Positions 22,264 to 36,397 are shown, counted from the first letter of the stretch. The stretch is DNA of 64,000 nucleotides from Octopus sinensis (GCF_006345805.1 NC_042997.1:98580001-98644000); one strand, 5' to 3'. Made by a program: numbers and translations. Notes: a model not told the origin generated them from the sequence alone.

Positions 22264-24715
22264 TGTTGTATCTACCTTTTGTACGACGGTTGCTGCTCTG
22301 ACAGATATTGTTATATTCCGCAGTCGTCGATAGAATGTTTCTATCTGGCACTGTACGATCCATAGTTATACAGTGTTATTATCATCAAAATGTTGGATCG
22401 TTATAACGTCTACTCAGTATTACAGTATAATTAGTATATCAGCACAGACACGACTATCAACACAATCTACTCGTACTCTACTCTCTTGATAGTGGCCGGT
22501 GCCACATTACTTATAGTGATTGGGTCATTTCACTCGTACAACGTCTCCCATTTTACGTTTTCTTAGGAAGTGTCATTTTATTTAGCAATGATATTTCTAT
22601 TCACCCCAACTTCCTTTTTAAGTTTTTTTTTCAGCAAGAATTCACACTCTACCTCCATACCAAAAGGAATCCGAATAAGTTTACCATAAGCGTGGGTGTT
22701 AATTTTTAAGTAATGTGAGCATGTGCGACTAACAAATCGTTCACCCTTGTGAAAAATCTGTACAAACTCTTCGGTTTGTCATTCTTCATTTTCACGTAAA
22801 CTGTCGGTGTTACCCAATCTCCATGGTCATTCTTTTCAATTATAATAACACTTTCCAGTTCTTTGTTAACCTGGTCTATTGCCACAAAGGATACATTTCG
22901 TTTTGGCCTACATATAGTTGTTACATTTTTTTACTGCAATTTTTGGTTTTAGTCCTTCAGCTTCGTTTGAACCTTCGACTGGCCCAACTACATTTCCACA
23001 CAGAACACTTATGGATGTATCCCACAATTTTAATAGATCCATCCATTCTATGCCGAATAAGTTGAGTGAATCTTTCAACACGTAAATCTTTACCATTTTC
23101 GTTTGACCTCGAGAAGTTACATTACATTCAAATTCTTCGAAAAAATAAAAAATTTTTCCTGTAATACCATGTGCTACTTTTTTGCATTTTATTAAATTCG
23201 GCTTACCGACATATTTCCAAGATTTTTTTTTTTCGTTTTTCCAACTGCATTTTAACAATTGTATTTCTGATTTTCAATTTCGCGAATTTTTTCAAAGTTA
23301 TAATTACAATTTCTTCCAATGACATTATTTATTTCTTGACTATTTTCTGACGTTTTATTATCCTCGTTCCACAGTGCAACTGTATATGTCCTGCATTTCC
23401 ACAACGAAAACACTCTGCTTATTTAGATAGACACTTTTCCATCAGATTCATACCACCACATGCAAAACATGGGTTTATATCCTGATGTTTGTCGTGTTTT
23501 TAGAAAACACTTTATTTCTATTTGGACTATTTCACACTCGTATCACATGGAAACAATCTTTACGTTCAATTTCCTCTCTGTTGTGTCTTAATTTAAGTAT
23601 ACTTTCATATTCTTCAGACATGTTTTGCAGGGTTACATCATGGCTTTGTTCCAGCTTTGCAAAAATTCTAGTTCAGACTTCTGCGTCCTTTTCGGCAGTT
23701 AGCTCTTGTGTAAAGATCAGGCATTTTAACATATCAGAACTTAATTTGCACAGTTTAAACTTCTCATTTTCCTTGTTTACTCTACCAGAGTATGTGATGC
23801 AGTACTCGTTACAGTTTTTCTCTATGCTCAGACACTACTACCATGTGCTGAGCTAGGAGCTTTTTTCACCGAAAATTTTACACAATATGTCTATTGTGTC
23901 ATTAAACTTTACGTCAGACGGTTTTCTTGGGAGTACAAAATTACTGTATCGTTCACGTTCTGTTGGCGCCAGTTTAGATAGGATGAAGCGAGTTTTCATC
24001 TCATCGTCCCAATCTTTACATTCTTTCTTGAAGATTTGCCTATATCTTCTGTTGTATGCTTCGAAGGTAACTCCTTCGTCAGGTTCACATTTAAATTCAG
24101 TTACTGAATTTGCAACATAGTCTGGTGAGAACACTTTTTCTGGCTTTCATTAATTGCAGTATTAGTTGTTGCAAAACTAATTGGTGTTGCTGTTGTTGCT
24201 TCTGTTGTTGCTCTTGCAGTTGAATCTGTTGTTGTTGTTGCTGATTTGGAATTCAAGCAAACCAGCCAACAAATCTTATATAGTTTTAGAATTTCTTCGT
24301 AAAATTCGCACAACAAAAACATTGTGAGTTTGTCAACTCTTCTACGAGTTTCTATTAATTCCACGTGAATTGGTTTATCCTCGTCGCCACTATTAGCGGT
24401 CTTTTGCCACTGTTGTATCTGTCTTTTGTACGACGGCTGTTGCTCTAACAGTTATTGTTATATTCTGCAGTCGTCGATAGAATGTTTCTATCTGACACGG
24501 CACGACCCCCAATCATACAATGTTATTATTCTCAAAAAGTTGAATCGTTATAACGTCTACTCAGTATTACAGTATAATTAGTATATCAGCACAGACACGA
24601 CTATCAACACAATCTATTCGTACTCTACTCTCTTGATATTGGCTGATGTCAACTTACTTATAGTGATTGTGTCATTCCACTTGTCTCTTGGGAGGGATGT
24701 GCCATTACTACAACA
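22264..24715 (-). mobile_element. Gypsy (Mag-clade-like) LTR retrotransposon, internally deleted
   Basis: Direct repeats 22264-22543 and 24411-24715 with TGTTGTA...TACAACA-type ends. PBS TGGCGACGAGGAT at 24377-24389. Gag piece FSPDYVANSVTEF...RYSNFVLPRKP. Double Zn knuckle CFACGG...CFRCGNAGHIQLHC near 23370-23470. Protease C-terminus and RT start further left; integrase absent. Confidence 0.9.
24377..24389 (-). promoter_or_regulatory. Primer-binding site complementary to the tRNA-Ser(GCU) 3' end
   Basis: Plus strand ATCCTCGTCGCCA equals the 3' end of eukaryotic tRNA-Ser(GCU) with CCA, from established tRNA sequence. Confidence 0.8.
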
Positions 24716-25084
24716 ATTTTAAAGGAATATTGTTGTTTATTTAAATACAATGATTTGGAAAATTCTGTTTTGTTTTTTGCTGGTCTTTTAAAAGTAAAAT
24801 ATCAATAGAAATATCTTAGGCTCATAGTTTTATGAAATGATATATTCCAGGGTATGGTCAGTTTGTTAGTAAGGACAATGACTTAAAAGTCAGATCATCT
24901 GCATATCCTGAATTTAAGCTTTGCGATAAAACGTCTTTAAAAATTTCCAGCTGTTTCTCTGAGAAAATTTCAAGAAGGTAGAAAATGTATTTTGGCTTCA
25001 GCTTGAGATCATACGCTTCTCAAATAGTGCTGATTCATTTCTTTATCTAGTTCAGACATATTGGATACGTCGGGGATATTGTTG

Positions 25085-26429
25085 TCAACATCAATAATCA
25101 GCAAGATGTTCGAAACCATCCTTAAGAAAAGTATGATGCTCCACCTCCAAAACACAGCCTCTATCTCTGATTCTCAACACGGCTTCGTGCCGAAGAGATC
25201 ATGCTTGACCAACTTACTGGTAATGGAAGAATTGGTGACGCGCATCCTCGATGATAGTGATGCTGTTGACATCGTTTTATTGGACTTTACCAAAGCTTTT
25301 GACTCGGTAAACCACCGCCTATTACTTGTCAAGCTTCAAGCATATAGTTTCCATCCGGATATTGTATGATGGGTTGGTGCCTTCCTCTCAGATCGCTCCT
25401 TCCAAGTCCAAGTTAATGGTTCGCGGTCCGACGTCTCCAGTGCGAGCAGTGGCGTGCCTCAAGGTTCAGTGCTTGGGCCCTTATTGTTCTTAGTCTTCAT
25501 AAATGACTTGCCCGACGACCTAGCGCAACACATCCTTCTATTTGCCGACGATGTCAAACTGGTCGCTCCTCGCGGTGATATAGAGGATCTTCGTCGATGC
25601 TTCTATCAAATTTGGAGATGGTCTAACGAATGGGACCTATGTCTGAACGTGTCAAAGTGCTGTCATCTGCCTGTTGGCTCTCCTCCTGCAAGTCAACTTG
25701 ATTTCGAGCCGGGTCGCCTGCTGATGGAGAGGACCGATCAGGTAAAGGACCTGGGTATCTTGGTGGATTCCTCCTTTTCGCCTTCGGCCCAGTGCGTCCA
25801 TGCTGCCAACAAAGCACGCGGAGTTCTGTTCTTGATTCGACGGTCACTCGGAATGCTCACACCAGCCATATTCCTACCGCTCTATATCACGCTGGTGGGA
25901 CCCATATTGGAGTACGGGATTCAAGCCTCTTCTCCTTATCTCCTCAAAGACATACAGTATCTCGAAAGAGTCCAGAAGCTGGCTACCCGCATGGTTCTTG
26001 GTCTCAAGAATTTGTCTTATGAAGAAAGGCTGAAGACGCTTGACCTTTATTCTCTAGAAAAACGACGACGCCGGGGTGATCTCATTCTTGCTCACAACAT
26101 CATAAGCGGAAAGTGTAACCTCTCGAAGGAGCTGTTCTTCACTCCTGCTCCAGATCGTCGGCTGCGGGGTCATTCCGAAAAGCTCTATCTGCGACGATTT
26201 CATCTCAATCGAAGGAGAGGGGCTTTCTCCGTCCGGGTTGCGGTTCCGTGGAATAAGCTGCCGGACGAGATGGTGAAGATGCCGACGACCGCTCGGTTCA
26301 AAGTCTCCCTTGACCACAAGTGGCTTGAACTCTTTACCTGAACACCACCCTGTACATAACTCCATGTCCCCCTACATGGCTTTGATTTTTGCTTTTTGAG
26401 CCAAAAAATTAACTAACTAACTAACTAAC
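25085..26429 (+). mobile_element. 5'-truncated CR1/Jockey-like LINE with (TAAC)n tail
   Basis: QHGFVPKRSCLTNLL, LDFTKAFDSVNH, VPQGSVLGPLLFLVFIND, FADD, WNKLP. ORFs 25061-25369 and 25454-26341 are in one frame, split by a single TGA (25367-25369). (TAAC)n at about 26409-26429. Confidence 0.93.
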
Positions 26430-27184
26430 ATGACAGCTGGTAATCCCGTTTTCAGTTTGTTTGTTTTTAATATTTGATGGTGACTTTCCCCAATTCTTCT
26501 CTTAGTTCTTGGTTATTTTAGTCTATATTTCATATTTGATGAGTTACTTCAAGGTAGACAAATCCTTTCTCATGTTTTGTTCGTTTTTTTTTAGTTATTT
26601 TCGTATGTTTTGTTTCTATATATTTAATTTATTTTTTGTTGGAAAAGATTCCCACCTGTTTGCACCCATAGTATAAAGAAACTTTCTGCGTCGGCTTATG
26701 TCGATTATTGTAAATTTAGTCATTATTTACGTTATTTTCATGTCTATTCATGTTAATTCACTTACGTTCCAGAAATATAGCTATAAATTATCACTAAAAC
26801 AACTAGATTATTTTTGCATATAACCTGTTCAGTCTAATGCTTCTAGAACATTACTTTCCACCTTTACTTTTTATTTATTTATGTTGTATTCCGTTGTGTG
26901 TTATTAATTCCCAAGATTTGTACGTCTGTGTTCATTCTAATCCTCTTATCTCTGTTTCTGTATCTCATATGATATTGTGTATTAATCTTCTCTCTTCAGT
27001 GATGAAGTTATTCATTTATCTAAACTGTATTTCGTTTCAGTTCGGCAACATATCCTGTACACAGTAAGCCATAGTTGTTGCCATCTGCAGTATATCACTG
27101 GAAATTCCACAAATACACAAGATGGTTGATTGTCCTAGTGTAGCGTTTTTATTGGAAACCGGTCTGATTTTCTATGTCAGCTGA

Positions 27185-27197
27185 AGAGAGAGAGAGG

Positions 27198-27272
<75 letters not shown>
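27185..27272. repeat. (GA)n microsatellite
   Basis: Seen directly. Confidence 0.95.
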
Positions 27273-30200
27273 CCGTTCCGAGACGGAGACTCGTTAGAAT
27301 TTTCTTCTAAGTGGGATACAATATTATAAATTAATTCTTTTATTGTATCTGTGGATTATTAAAAAAATATTTGCGTTTCATTTGTGAAGTTTTGGTAAGC
27401 GTGTTTATTCTTGCTCTAACTCACTCATAGCTAATATTCCCAGAATTCACGGATAGTCAACACTGTCAAAACTTAAGCGTCAGTTGATCGATGGCATGCT
27501 TAGGTCTATCCTTCATCTTTTCCTTAAGCTGTTGTTTAAGGCTTTACTGATCAGTATTTTATGTCTATAGAGATATTTGCCTTCGTGGAATCTTTTTGTC
27601 TTGATAGATCTGTAGTTGTCGGCGTATCCTACTTCTCTAACCTTACTTTCTTTCTCAGTGATACATTCAGGAGTTGTTGCGGTTCATTCAGTACAAGTAC
27701 TATGCACGTGCCTAGAACATGCTGCAACAGAAATAAGAATACCTTTTTTCCTGGTGTTATTTCCTTTATTGTTATTGCTTAGCACAATTGTTTGGGAACT
27801 GGTATAGTTTTGAATAATTTATTCTGTGTCAATCCATTATAAATTCTGATATTTCACACATTTTAAAAATTAATATAAACAATTCACGAGTCTAGATTAT
27901 TTTCTAACATTCTTTTGTGCTTCTATTTATTGTGCTAAATTTTCTGGAAATTGGTTCACCTGTAAATAATAAGAGTTAACAATTTTCTTATTTCTTTCTC
28001 TCTATCTCTTTTACTATCTATCTATTTGTCTGTTCGTCTATATGTCTGTCTCTATCTATCTATCTATCTCTTTATCTATCTTTCTATCTGCCCGTGTATC
28101 TATCTGTCTGTCTATGTATGTATTTGTATGTATCTGTCGATCTGTCTTTCTATATATCTGTCTAGCTATTTGTATGTTACTGGTCTGCCTATATATCAGT
28201 CTGTCTGTCTATCTATTTGTCTATCTAGAAGATGACACTTGCTTACATCAACGCTTTAAACATTCTTTTTAACTTTAAAATAAAATCACCAAATCTCTTG
28301 TGTCATAGTAAGTCAAACACATTTCACCGTAAAGTAATATATTATCAGTATTCATCGTGGTGCTCCAGCATGACCATACTCCAATGACTGAAACTAGTAA
28401 ACGAATAAAAGGAAAAAAGGGAATATGTCCAATTACGTTTCAAAGTTGTTTCTCAGTTAAGATTATGTCGATAAATATTTCTAGCATAGTGAGTCTCTGT
28501 CTTCTATTATTACTCTTTTAAGAGTTTTGAAAACTCACATGGCCACCTAAATGTCAAAAATGAATTTTGGAAGGCTAGGCGTTTAAAAAAATCATGATCT
28601 CTCTTAAAAATACAATATCTGAAGCAAAGACATTGCTTATGTTCTAAGGATTTAAAACCCGATTTCTCTGGATCAAAATATGAACACGACATTGATTAGG
28701 AGTGAACAGAAATATAAACGATGATGCACCAGATTCAATATAATTCCTCTCTATAGGTCTTCACTTTCTTTTGTAATTTCAATAAAAAAAATTGACATAG
28801 AAAATACATATCTAAAAAATAAGTACATACTAGATGACTCACCATAAGAAAATATGCATAACAAATTATGGCGCACAATCAGCAAATGTTTGTTTTTTTC
28901 TTCTTTTCCACTTTGTTTGTAAGCCGACATTTCTTTAAAAGAGACACGGAACTATAAAAGTTTGAGAATCACTGTTGTAACCAATAGTCATAGTGCGTAT
29001 GAGAATTTCACTCGGCTAGTTGTGACTTTGGCTAAAATTATACCGACAAAGTATGCGTAGCAGTGAAGAGTGTAGTACTTATAATGATTACCTTGTTCAG
29101 TGATATTGACAACAAAATCAAAGTCGGAAGTTCAAAGTAAATCACTGACATAAGTTAAATGTTTCATATTTGACTGTGCAACACGTTAAGCTGTTTCAGG
29201 TATCTTATATTTTTATTAAAGTCTTCATATATGATTAATGTCAATGCCTTATCAATAACTACTGATTAGACCTTCAATTTAGTTAATTTCATGCAATTAC
29301 TATGGAACACGCATAATTAGTTTTTGTAGTAGGAGCAATTTGTCATTACAGATTAATGTGGAAAATACATACATGTAACTATAGAATAAAAACATTGCAG
29401 GAGAACGTTTAATAACAAAGAAACTATCGACCCATTGAACAATGGCCTTGATAACAGCAGAAGAAAATTAATCAGAGTGTCTAATACTGAATAAAAGTTA
29501 AAGGAATTAACCTTTTTTTAAAAAAATGTTTTTAAACTTGTCTTTGCAAATAGCATTTCCCTCCGTTCCAAGTGAAGTTATCCTGAGAAAGAAAAAGTAT
29601 GAGTTTAGCCTTAGGTGAAGTCTGATAGAATAGATCTATGGTCAATGCCATTTCTACTGCGACCGACCCTAGATTTTAGTATATCTAAGAGTACTTTATT
29701 TAATGTATCCATATCATTTTTTAAGATCATAAAGAATGATTTGATAGAATTTGGCTGATATTTAGTCGGTTATGACTAAAAAATAAGATTTTTTTGTAGC
29801 TTTATATCTTGAATTCCACACTGCATTTCCTTTTTCATCATCGACCTAATTGATACCAACAATATATCAGGGTATATTCGGTCGCCTATGTTTCGTCCAT
29901 ACAAAAATAGCCTATGTACCTAAGCCAGCTACCTTTATCATCATTAAGGCAACACATTTCTCCGGTTGAGAAATTTCTCAAGGGAATTTATGTACATTAA
30001 ATTTAGTGTGGTGGAATTTGAACTTATTGACCGGGGATCCGTTCAAAATGATATTATAATACATGCTGTCAACAACCTACTAGATTATAGGCCCCTTCCG
30101 TTACATCAACTTAGAAACTTGTAGAGTGGATAGAATTGGCCGATTGGGAGTGCCACAGGCATAACAAAACAGTGAGAGCGAGAATCACTTTCTTCGTTAG

Positions 30201-31899
30201 AATAAGTAATATAGAAATTCAGTCTGTTGACGCTATAGAGCTACCATTCTTTATACTCAGCTATAGTGAAGTTTTGTTCTAGATAATAAATAGTATCAAT
30301 AAGTTCAGTGATACTATAAATCTCAATTCCTGCAATCAATTATCAAATCATGGGAACATTGAATTGTAGTAAAGTAACAAGGAAATAGAGGAATAAAATG
30401 TAAAATAATAAACATCCGAAGATTAAACTTAGATAACGATGTATAGTATAGCTAAATGTAGGAATAAATGGTTAATGCGATTGTGAGACAATGCAATTGT
30501 TTTAATTCCAGTACAGTCTTAGGTCAGACGACTTAACAAACAAGTACATCAAAGCTCCTGGAATACTTATTTATCTTGTAATCGGAAGCAAAAGAAAAAA
30601 TCAATATTTACAAACCGAAGTTAATCCCAAGAGACCTACACTTACTTGAAAATATAGTCTAAAACTTCATGTATATTATAGCAACATTCTTGCGAATAAT
30701 AAATAAGAATCTTCCTCTTATCATAGAAATATTTTGTATTTACCTTTTTTATTTCAAAACAGAAAATTTTCGACATATTATGTAAATTACTTTCTGATTA
30801 AATAAGTAAATAAAAAATCCGATGCCGTTCGACTGAATTGTATGCTTCTAGTAAATAACATAAGAATTAGTTCCTTCACATGGAACTATATAACCAATGT
30901 GTCGAGAAAAAATTCTTTGTAAAATTCTTTACATTCAATTTTCATGTTTATTCAAATAATTTCCGAATAAAAATGAGTTTTAAAGTATAAAATCGATTTA
31001 TATTTTTTACGACACTTTTTATGTAGTAACATCTGATGATAATTTTCAAATCATTGCAGGGATAATGATAAATACGACGACGGATATTCTATTCAACTGA
31101 AATTATTTTTACACGGTTCGCACATATTCCGAATCAATTCCATTATTTACGATTCTGACAGCGCCTGTATGATTAAACCTGTTGTTGATATCTCTAGTAG
31201 TATTATCTGTAATGAGCTTTGAACAGCTAGTAAAATTCAACAGAATGTCATGCTATGAACAACGATCAATAATCCATACGGTGAAATGCTATTCTTGAAA
31301 AACTTTACATTTTCTTGTAAGATTCTATTAGTATTTCTCTGTATAGTTACTTTCATCTATATTCTGTCTCTTTAAACACTGAAAAGTATCAAATATATGT
31401 ATTTATCATGAACGATTTTGTATCAGTAGGTTTGAGAAAAGTCAATGAAGGGAAATGATGCAATAAGAGGCATTTCAATATATGTGTATATATACAATCA
31501 TAAAACTGTAAATTACATTACATTATTTAGATACATTGCACTTAGTTTGGAGTAAAAAATCCCACTGGTATAGATACTACTTTATATTCTAGAGATAAAA
31601 ATAATTAAGTGGAACCAAATGACTATATCAATATGCTGAAAATAGGTCTCTCCGAGAAAAAGAAATATACTGTTTTAAAGTGGTATATTAGGTGCTAAAA
31701 GTAAATAGCTATATAGAATACTTGTTATAAAGATATTAAGTTGCTTTGCTGCTTAATTTGAAAACACAATATTTCAAATACTTTTTTATCACGAGCATTT
31801 CTTACCTATTGTTGAATGTTAAACGTAGTTGGCTTGGTATATAACGTTTGTTTTTTCCTTCTTAAAATAAGTTCTGGAAGATATTTCATTATACTTTTT

Positions 31900-32290
31900 T
31901 TTACTTTTTTACTTGTTTCAGTCATTTGACTGCGGCCATGCTGGAGCACCGCCTTTTTAATCGAGCAACTCGAAACCGGGACTTATTCTTTTTGTAAGCC
32001 CAGTACTTATTCTATCGGTCTCTTTTGCCGAACCGCTAAGTAACGGGGACATAAACACATCAGCATCGGTTGTCAAGCAATGCTAGGGGGACAAACACAC
32101 ACACGCATATATATATATATATACATATATACGACGGGCTTCTTTTCAGTTTCCGTCTACCAAATCCACTCACAAGGCTTTGGTCGGCCCGAGGCTATAG
32201 TAGAAGACACTTGCCCAAGGTGCCACGCAGTGGGACCGAACCCGGAACCATGTGGTTAGTAAACAAGCTACTTACCACACAGCCATTCCT
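31900..32290 (-). mobile_element. tRNA-derived SINE, family B, full length
   Basis: Head AGGAATGGCTGTGTGGTAAG...GGTTCGGTCCC, internal (TA/TG)n, tail GGCGGTGCTCCAGCATGGCCGCAGTCAAATGACTGAAACAAGT. Homologue at 37.6-38.0 kb. Confidence 0.9.
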
Positions 32291-32893
32291 AAAATCATTC
32301 ACCATATAAACTAAAAATTCCCCATGATTTCTAATTCTTCCTCCGCATTCCGTTAGCGAATGTAACATATTCTAGTGTGTACACGCAGCTATAATTTCGT
32401 GGGTATGTTTTATATCTGTCCAAGTGTCTATAGAGAACGAACCTAGGGACTAATAGTTAACCATTGTAATCAACATATAATCGAAAATGTCTTGCCAGAT
32501 TGTATTAGAGTCTGCAACAGGTAATATAGATGAGGAAATCATCTTCAATGCTGTTCCAAAAACCTTGTGATGTACGATATCTCTCCGGAAAATAAACACC
32601 ATACATTTGCGTATATATGCACACAAACACAACCCACACGTGCATACTCGAACACACAAGCACTACACACGCATTTCAATTCACGGTTTACGTATCGTAG
32701 ACACTGCTCCGGAATGTGTCAAGGGTGTCGAAGCAGTTATGTTGGACGAGAAGTTTGGCGGGTGGACTTTGTTGCTGTCGCCCGGGTTGGAACACGGGCA
32801 TAAATAAATATATATATATATATGTGTGTGCGTGTATGTGTGCGTGTGTGTGTAACGATTATTATATATATGTGTGTGTATGTATATATCCAT

Positions 32894-32933
<40 letters not shown>

Positions 32934-33041
32934 TATATATATATATATACATACACATACATGCATATAAATATATATATATACATATGCATAGTTATAT
33001 AAACATACATACATATATACAAATATATATATATATGTGTG

Positions 33042-33097
<56 letters not shown>

Positions 33098-33098
<1 letters not shown>

Positions 33099-34594
33099 TA
33101 GCTGAATTACCAGGCCTTGCTCGGGTTACTGCTATTCTAATTCAGATTATTAAAAAATAAATATGAAGATATATTTTTTCTCGTAATTATTTCAAAGTAT
33201 GCACATTTTAGTTTGAAATATCCAGTTTGTAATGATAATAGAATTTAGAATTGAAAATCTGTCAAACTTGAATCTTCTTAGTGTAAACAATTTTGAATGT
33301 GTAATTTTTTGTTGGTGTCCAAATGAATATATTGTAGCTGCTTCCAACTCGTGAGCAACCAACATAGAGTTGGCCGTGGGATAAGCATGTAGTAGAGCGA
33401 TGAACTGTAACTACCTTGATACCTTGAAGGGTTGACCCTGAGATTTGTCAATTGAAATACCAAAACTTAGTTTGAGTAGAAACTGAAGCCCTTTAAACTG
33501 AAATGGTACAACTGTAGGTATATGAGAAAATTCCGGAATAGAGTCATTTTCATCTTTCTGACTACCTGTTATGATTGTTGCCTGTAGGAAACGTGGCTTC
33601 ATGGAAGTAACAGGTTCAAGTTATGCGGTGGCATCTCAGTGGGTTTAAGTGTGTTTAGAAATTCAACAGGGTATTGAACAGCCTGATCTTGATCGACTGT
33701 TGTGCGAATTGAGAGAAAAGTCATTTCTGATGTATCTGTTAACTCTTGGATTAGTTCATGATTGCGTTTATCGAACATATCATTAGTTGGAACCAGAATA
33801 GCTCTTTCACATAACCAGTTTACATCAGAGCAAGTGACAATCACACATGCACTGACACACACATACGCTCTCACATACACTCACACACACAGACGTATAT
33901 TTACGTAACAAGCGCGAAAACACACACATAAGCACATACAGATACACACTCATATACAAAATGTGTCGTCGTCGTATCAATTGCCCTTTACTATCTTGTA
34001 CGTAAGAAAGCGCAAACACTTCACACTCACAAACACATACTCACATATATACAAAATGTGCCATCGTCCTCCTCGTATAAACTGTTCTTTACTATCTCGT
34101 ACGTAATGAACGTGCAAACATACACACTCTCACACATGCATACACACTCGTATACAAAATGTGACGTCATCGTAGTCGTCGTCGCGGGATGAAATGTCCT
34201 TTACTATGTCGTACGTAACAAACGCACAAACACAGACAGTGACAGACATACACACTCATATACAAAATGTGACGTCGTCGACGTCGTCACCTTCGGAATC
34301 GTGGTAAAAAATGTCCTTTACTATAGTTAACTATAGAAAGAGTAATTAAGATAAATTGTTATAATGTTCTAATCCACATGAAAATAAAAAATTACATGTT
34401 GACACCCGCGAGGTTTAATACTATTAGCTTGTAAAGTTTGACTTGATTTGGTCAAATCCTTTGTCAACTCACAGAAAGCAGACACGCAGATAGACAGTCA
34501 GACAACAAAGTCCACCCGGCAAACTTCTAGGTCCAACATTACTGCTTCGACGTCCTTGACACATTCCAGAGCAGTGTCTGCGATACGTAAACCG

Positions 34595-34625
<31 letters not shown>
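33098..34625 (-). mobile_element. Internally deleted Helitron retaining a PIF1-helicase C-terminal remnant
   Basis: Peptides WLCERAILVPTND...YPVEFLNTLKPTEMPPHNL and ATIITG...PFQFKGLQF..KLSFGISIDKSQGQ. 3' hairpin (plus 33110-33125) then CTAG (33098-33101) followed by T. 5' (TA)n-AACGG end near 34600. Four ~100-bp internal tandem units at 33950-34330. Confidence 0.88.
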
Positions 34626-34632
<7 letters not shown>

Positions 34633-35080
34633 GTATGTATGTATATGTATACTCATATATGTACATATATATACGCACTTATATATATATATGTGTGTGT
34701 GTGTATGTGTATGTGTATATATAGACGTACATATAGGTATATATATGCATATATATATACACACATACACATATAGATTTACATATATATGTATATATAT
34801 ATGTATATATGTATGTACATATATATACCTATTATATACATTATATTATTTTTGTAATTTACTTAATCTTTACTTTTTAATTGTTATTTTGATTTTAACT
34901 TTTCTATTATATGTAATATACTAGATGGTGTAATTGAATTATTCATTTTGAATTGATAAAAGGTGTTTGTTTCTAATATTTTATATATATATATATATTA
35001 TATTGTGTGTAATTTGATTTAGTATTTCTAAATTGAATTCTTTTTCCTCGTAAGTTTGGATTATATTCCCTCAAATAATG

Positions 35081-35124
<44 letters not shown>

Positions 35125-35320
35125 TTCTTTTCTACTCTAGGCACAAGGCTCGAAATTTTGAGGAAGGGGGATAGTCGATTAGATCGAATCCAGTATGCAA
35201 CTGGCACTTATTTTCTCGACATCAACAAGATGAAAAGCAAAGTCGACCTCGGCGGAATTTGAACTCAGAACGTAAGCCAGACGAAATACGGCGTTCAAAC
35301 GTTTCTGTCAGCTGGCCACC
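35125..35320 (-). mobile_element. SINE family C copy
   Basis: AAAGTCGACCTCGGCGGAATTTGAACTCAGAACG shared with the 17757-17969 copy. Confidence 0.85.
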
Positions 35321-35736
35321 TTACACACATATGTATTTACATATATATGTATGTGTTTATATATAAACTCATATATGTATATAGGTATATAGAGATACAT
35401 ATATGTATATAATGTGTAAAATTATTAAAAGAAAATAGAGAAGAAATATAGTGGATATATGGTTAATTTTATTTGAATCCCCATACACATTATTGGACAG
35501 TTTATCAATACATGTTGAGGAACATTTTTTTCAGTATATTCGATAACACCAGTTGATATGCGGATTTTTAAAAAGTTTCTTACGAGGAAATTACATCCTC
35601 AGTATTTCAAATACATATATACAAACTTTTAATACTAACTGGTACACATATAAATACACAGAAACACAGACACATACACGCACACTTACATGCACACACA
35701 CGTACACACACATACATAATATGTATATATATAGTG

Positions 35737-35953
35737 AGAATTTACTAAAAACCAAAAGACGAAGACGGGTATGTAAACAACAAATAGATGTTTTACTTTA
35801 ACGCTCGGCACATTATAAAAGGCTTTTACGTTTCAAGCCTACGCTCTTTGACAGAAAGGAACACAGGAATAAACAGGGAGAGAAAATAGAAAAAGGTTTA
35901 GTCCCTAGCGATCTATCATGTCGAATATATTATATATATATATATATGATATA

Positions 35954-36002
<49 letters not shown>

Positions 36003-36090
36003 CATACATACACATATGTACATATATATATATATATATATGTACATATGTGTATGTATGTATGTATGTATATATATATATATATCATAT

Positions 36091-36121
<31 letters not shown>

Positions 36122-36390
36122 GCACATATGTGTATGTATGTATGTATATATATATATATCATATATATATATATGTATGTATATATACATATATATATAT
36201 AATATATATTCGACATGATAGATCGCTAGGGACTAAACCTTTTTCTATTTTCTCTCCCTGTTTATTCCTGTGTTCCTGTCTGTCAAACAGCCGTAGGCTT
36301 GAAACGTAAAACCCTTTTTAATATGCCGAGCGTTAAAGTAAAACATCTATTTGTTGTTTACATACCCGTCTTCGTCTTTTGTTTTTTAGT

Positions 36391-36397
<7 letters not shown>
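35737..36397. repeat. Head-to-head pair of family 2 pLTR-like repeats around an AT microsatellite
   Basis: About 35737-35930 is the reverse complement of about 36205-36397, with a few mismatches. Each carries a decayed family 2 hammerhead (35823-35858 minus, 36276-36312 plus). Confidence 0.9.

Noticed and set aside
24851-24977. Candidate exon (G)YGQFVSKDNDLKV..., superficially like a K+ channel GYG motif
   Set aside because: No pore helix or transmembrane segment follows. An equally plausible minus-strand reading exists.
32716-36260. Many IY/YI/HT/CV-rich ORFs
   Set aside because: Translations of (TA)n, (CA)n and (TG)n microsatellites.
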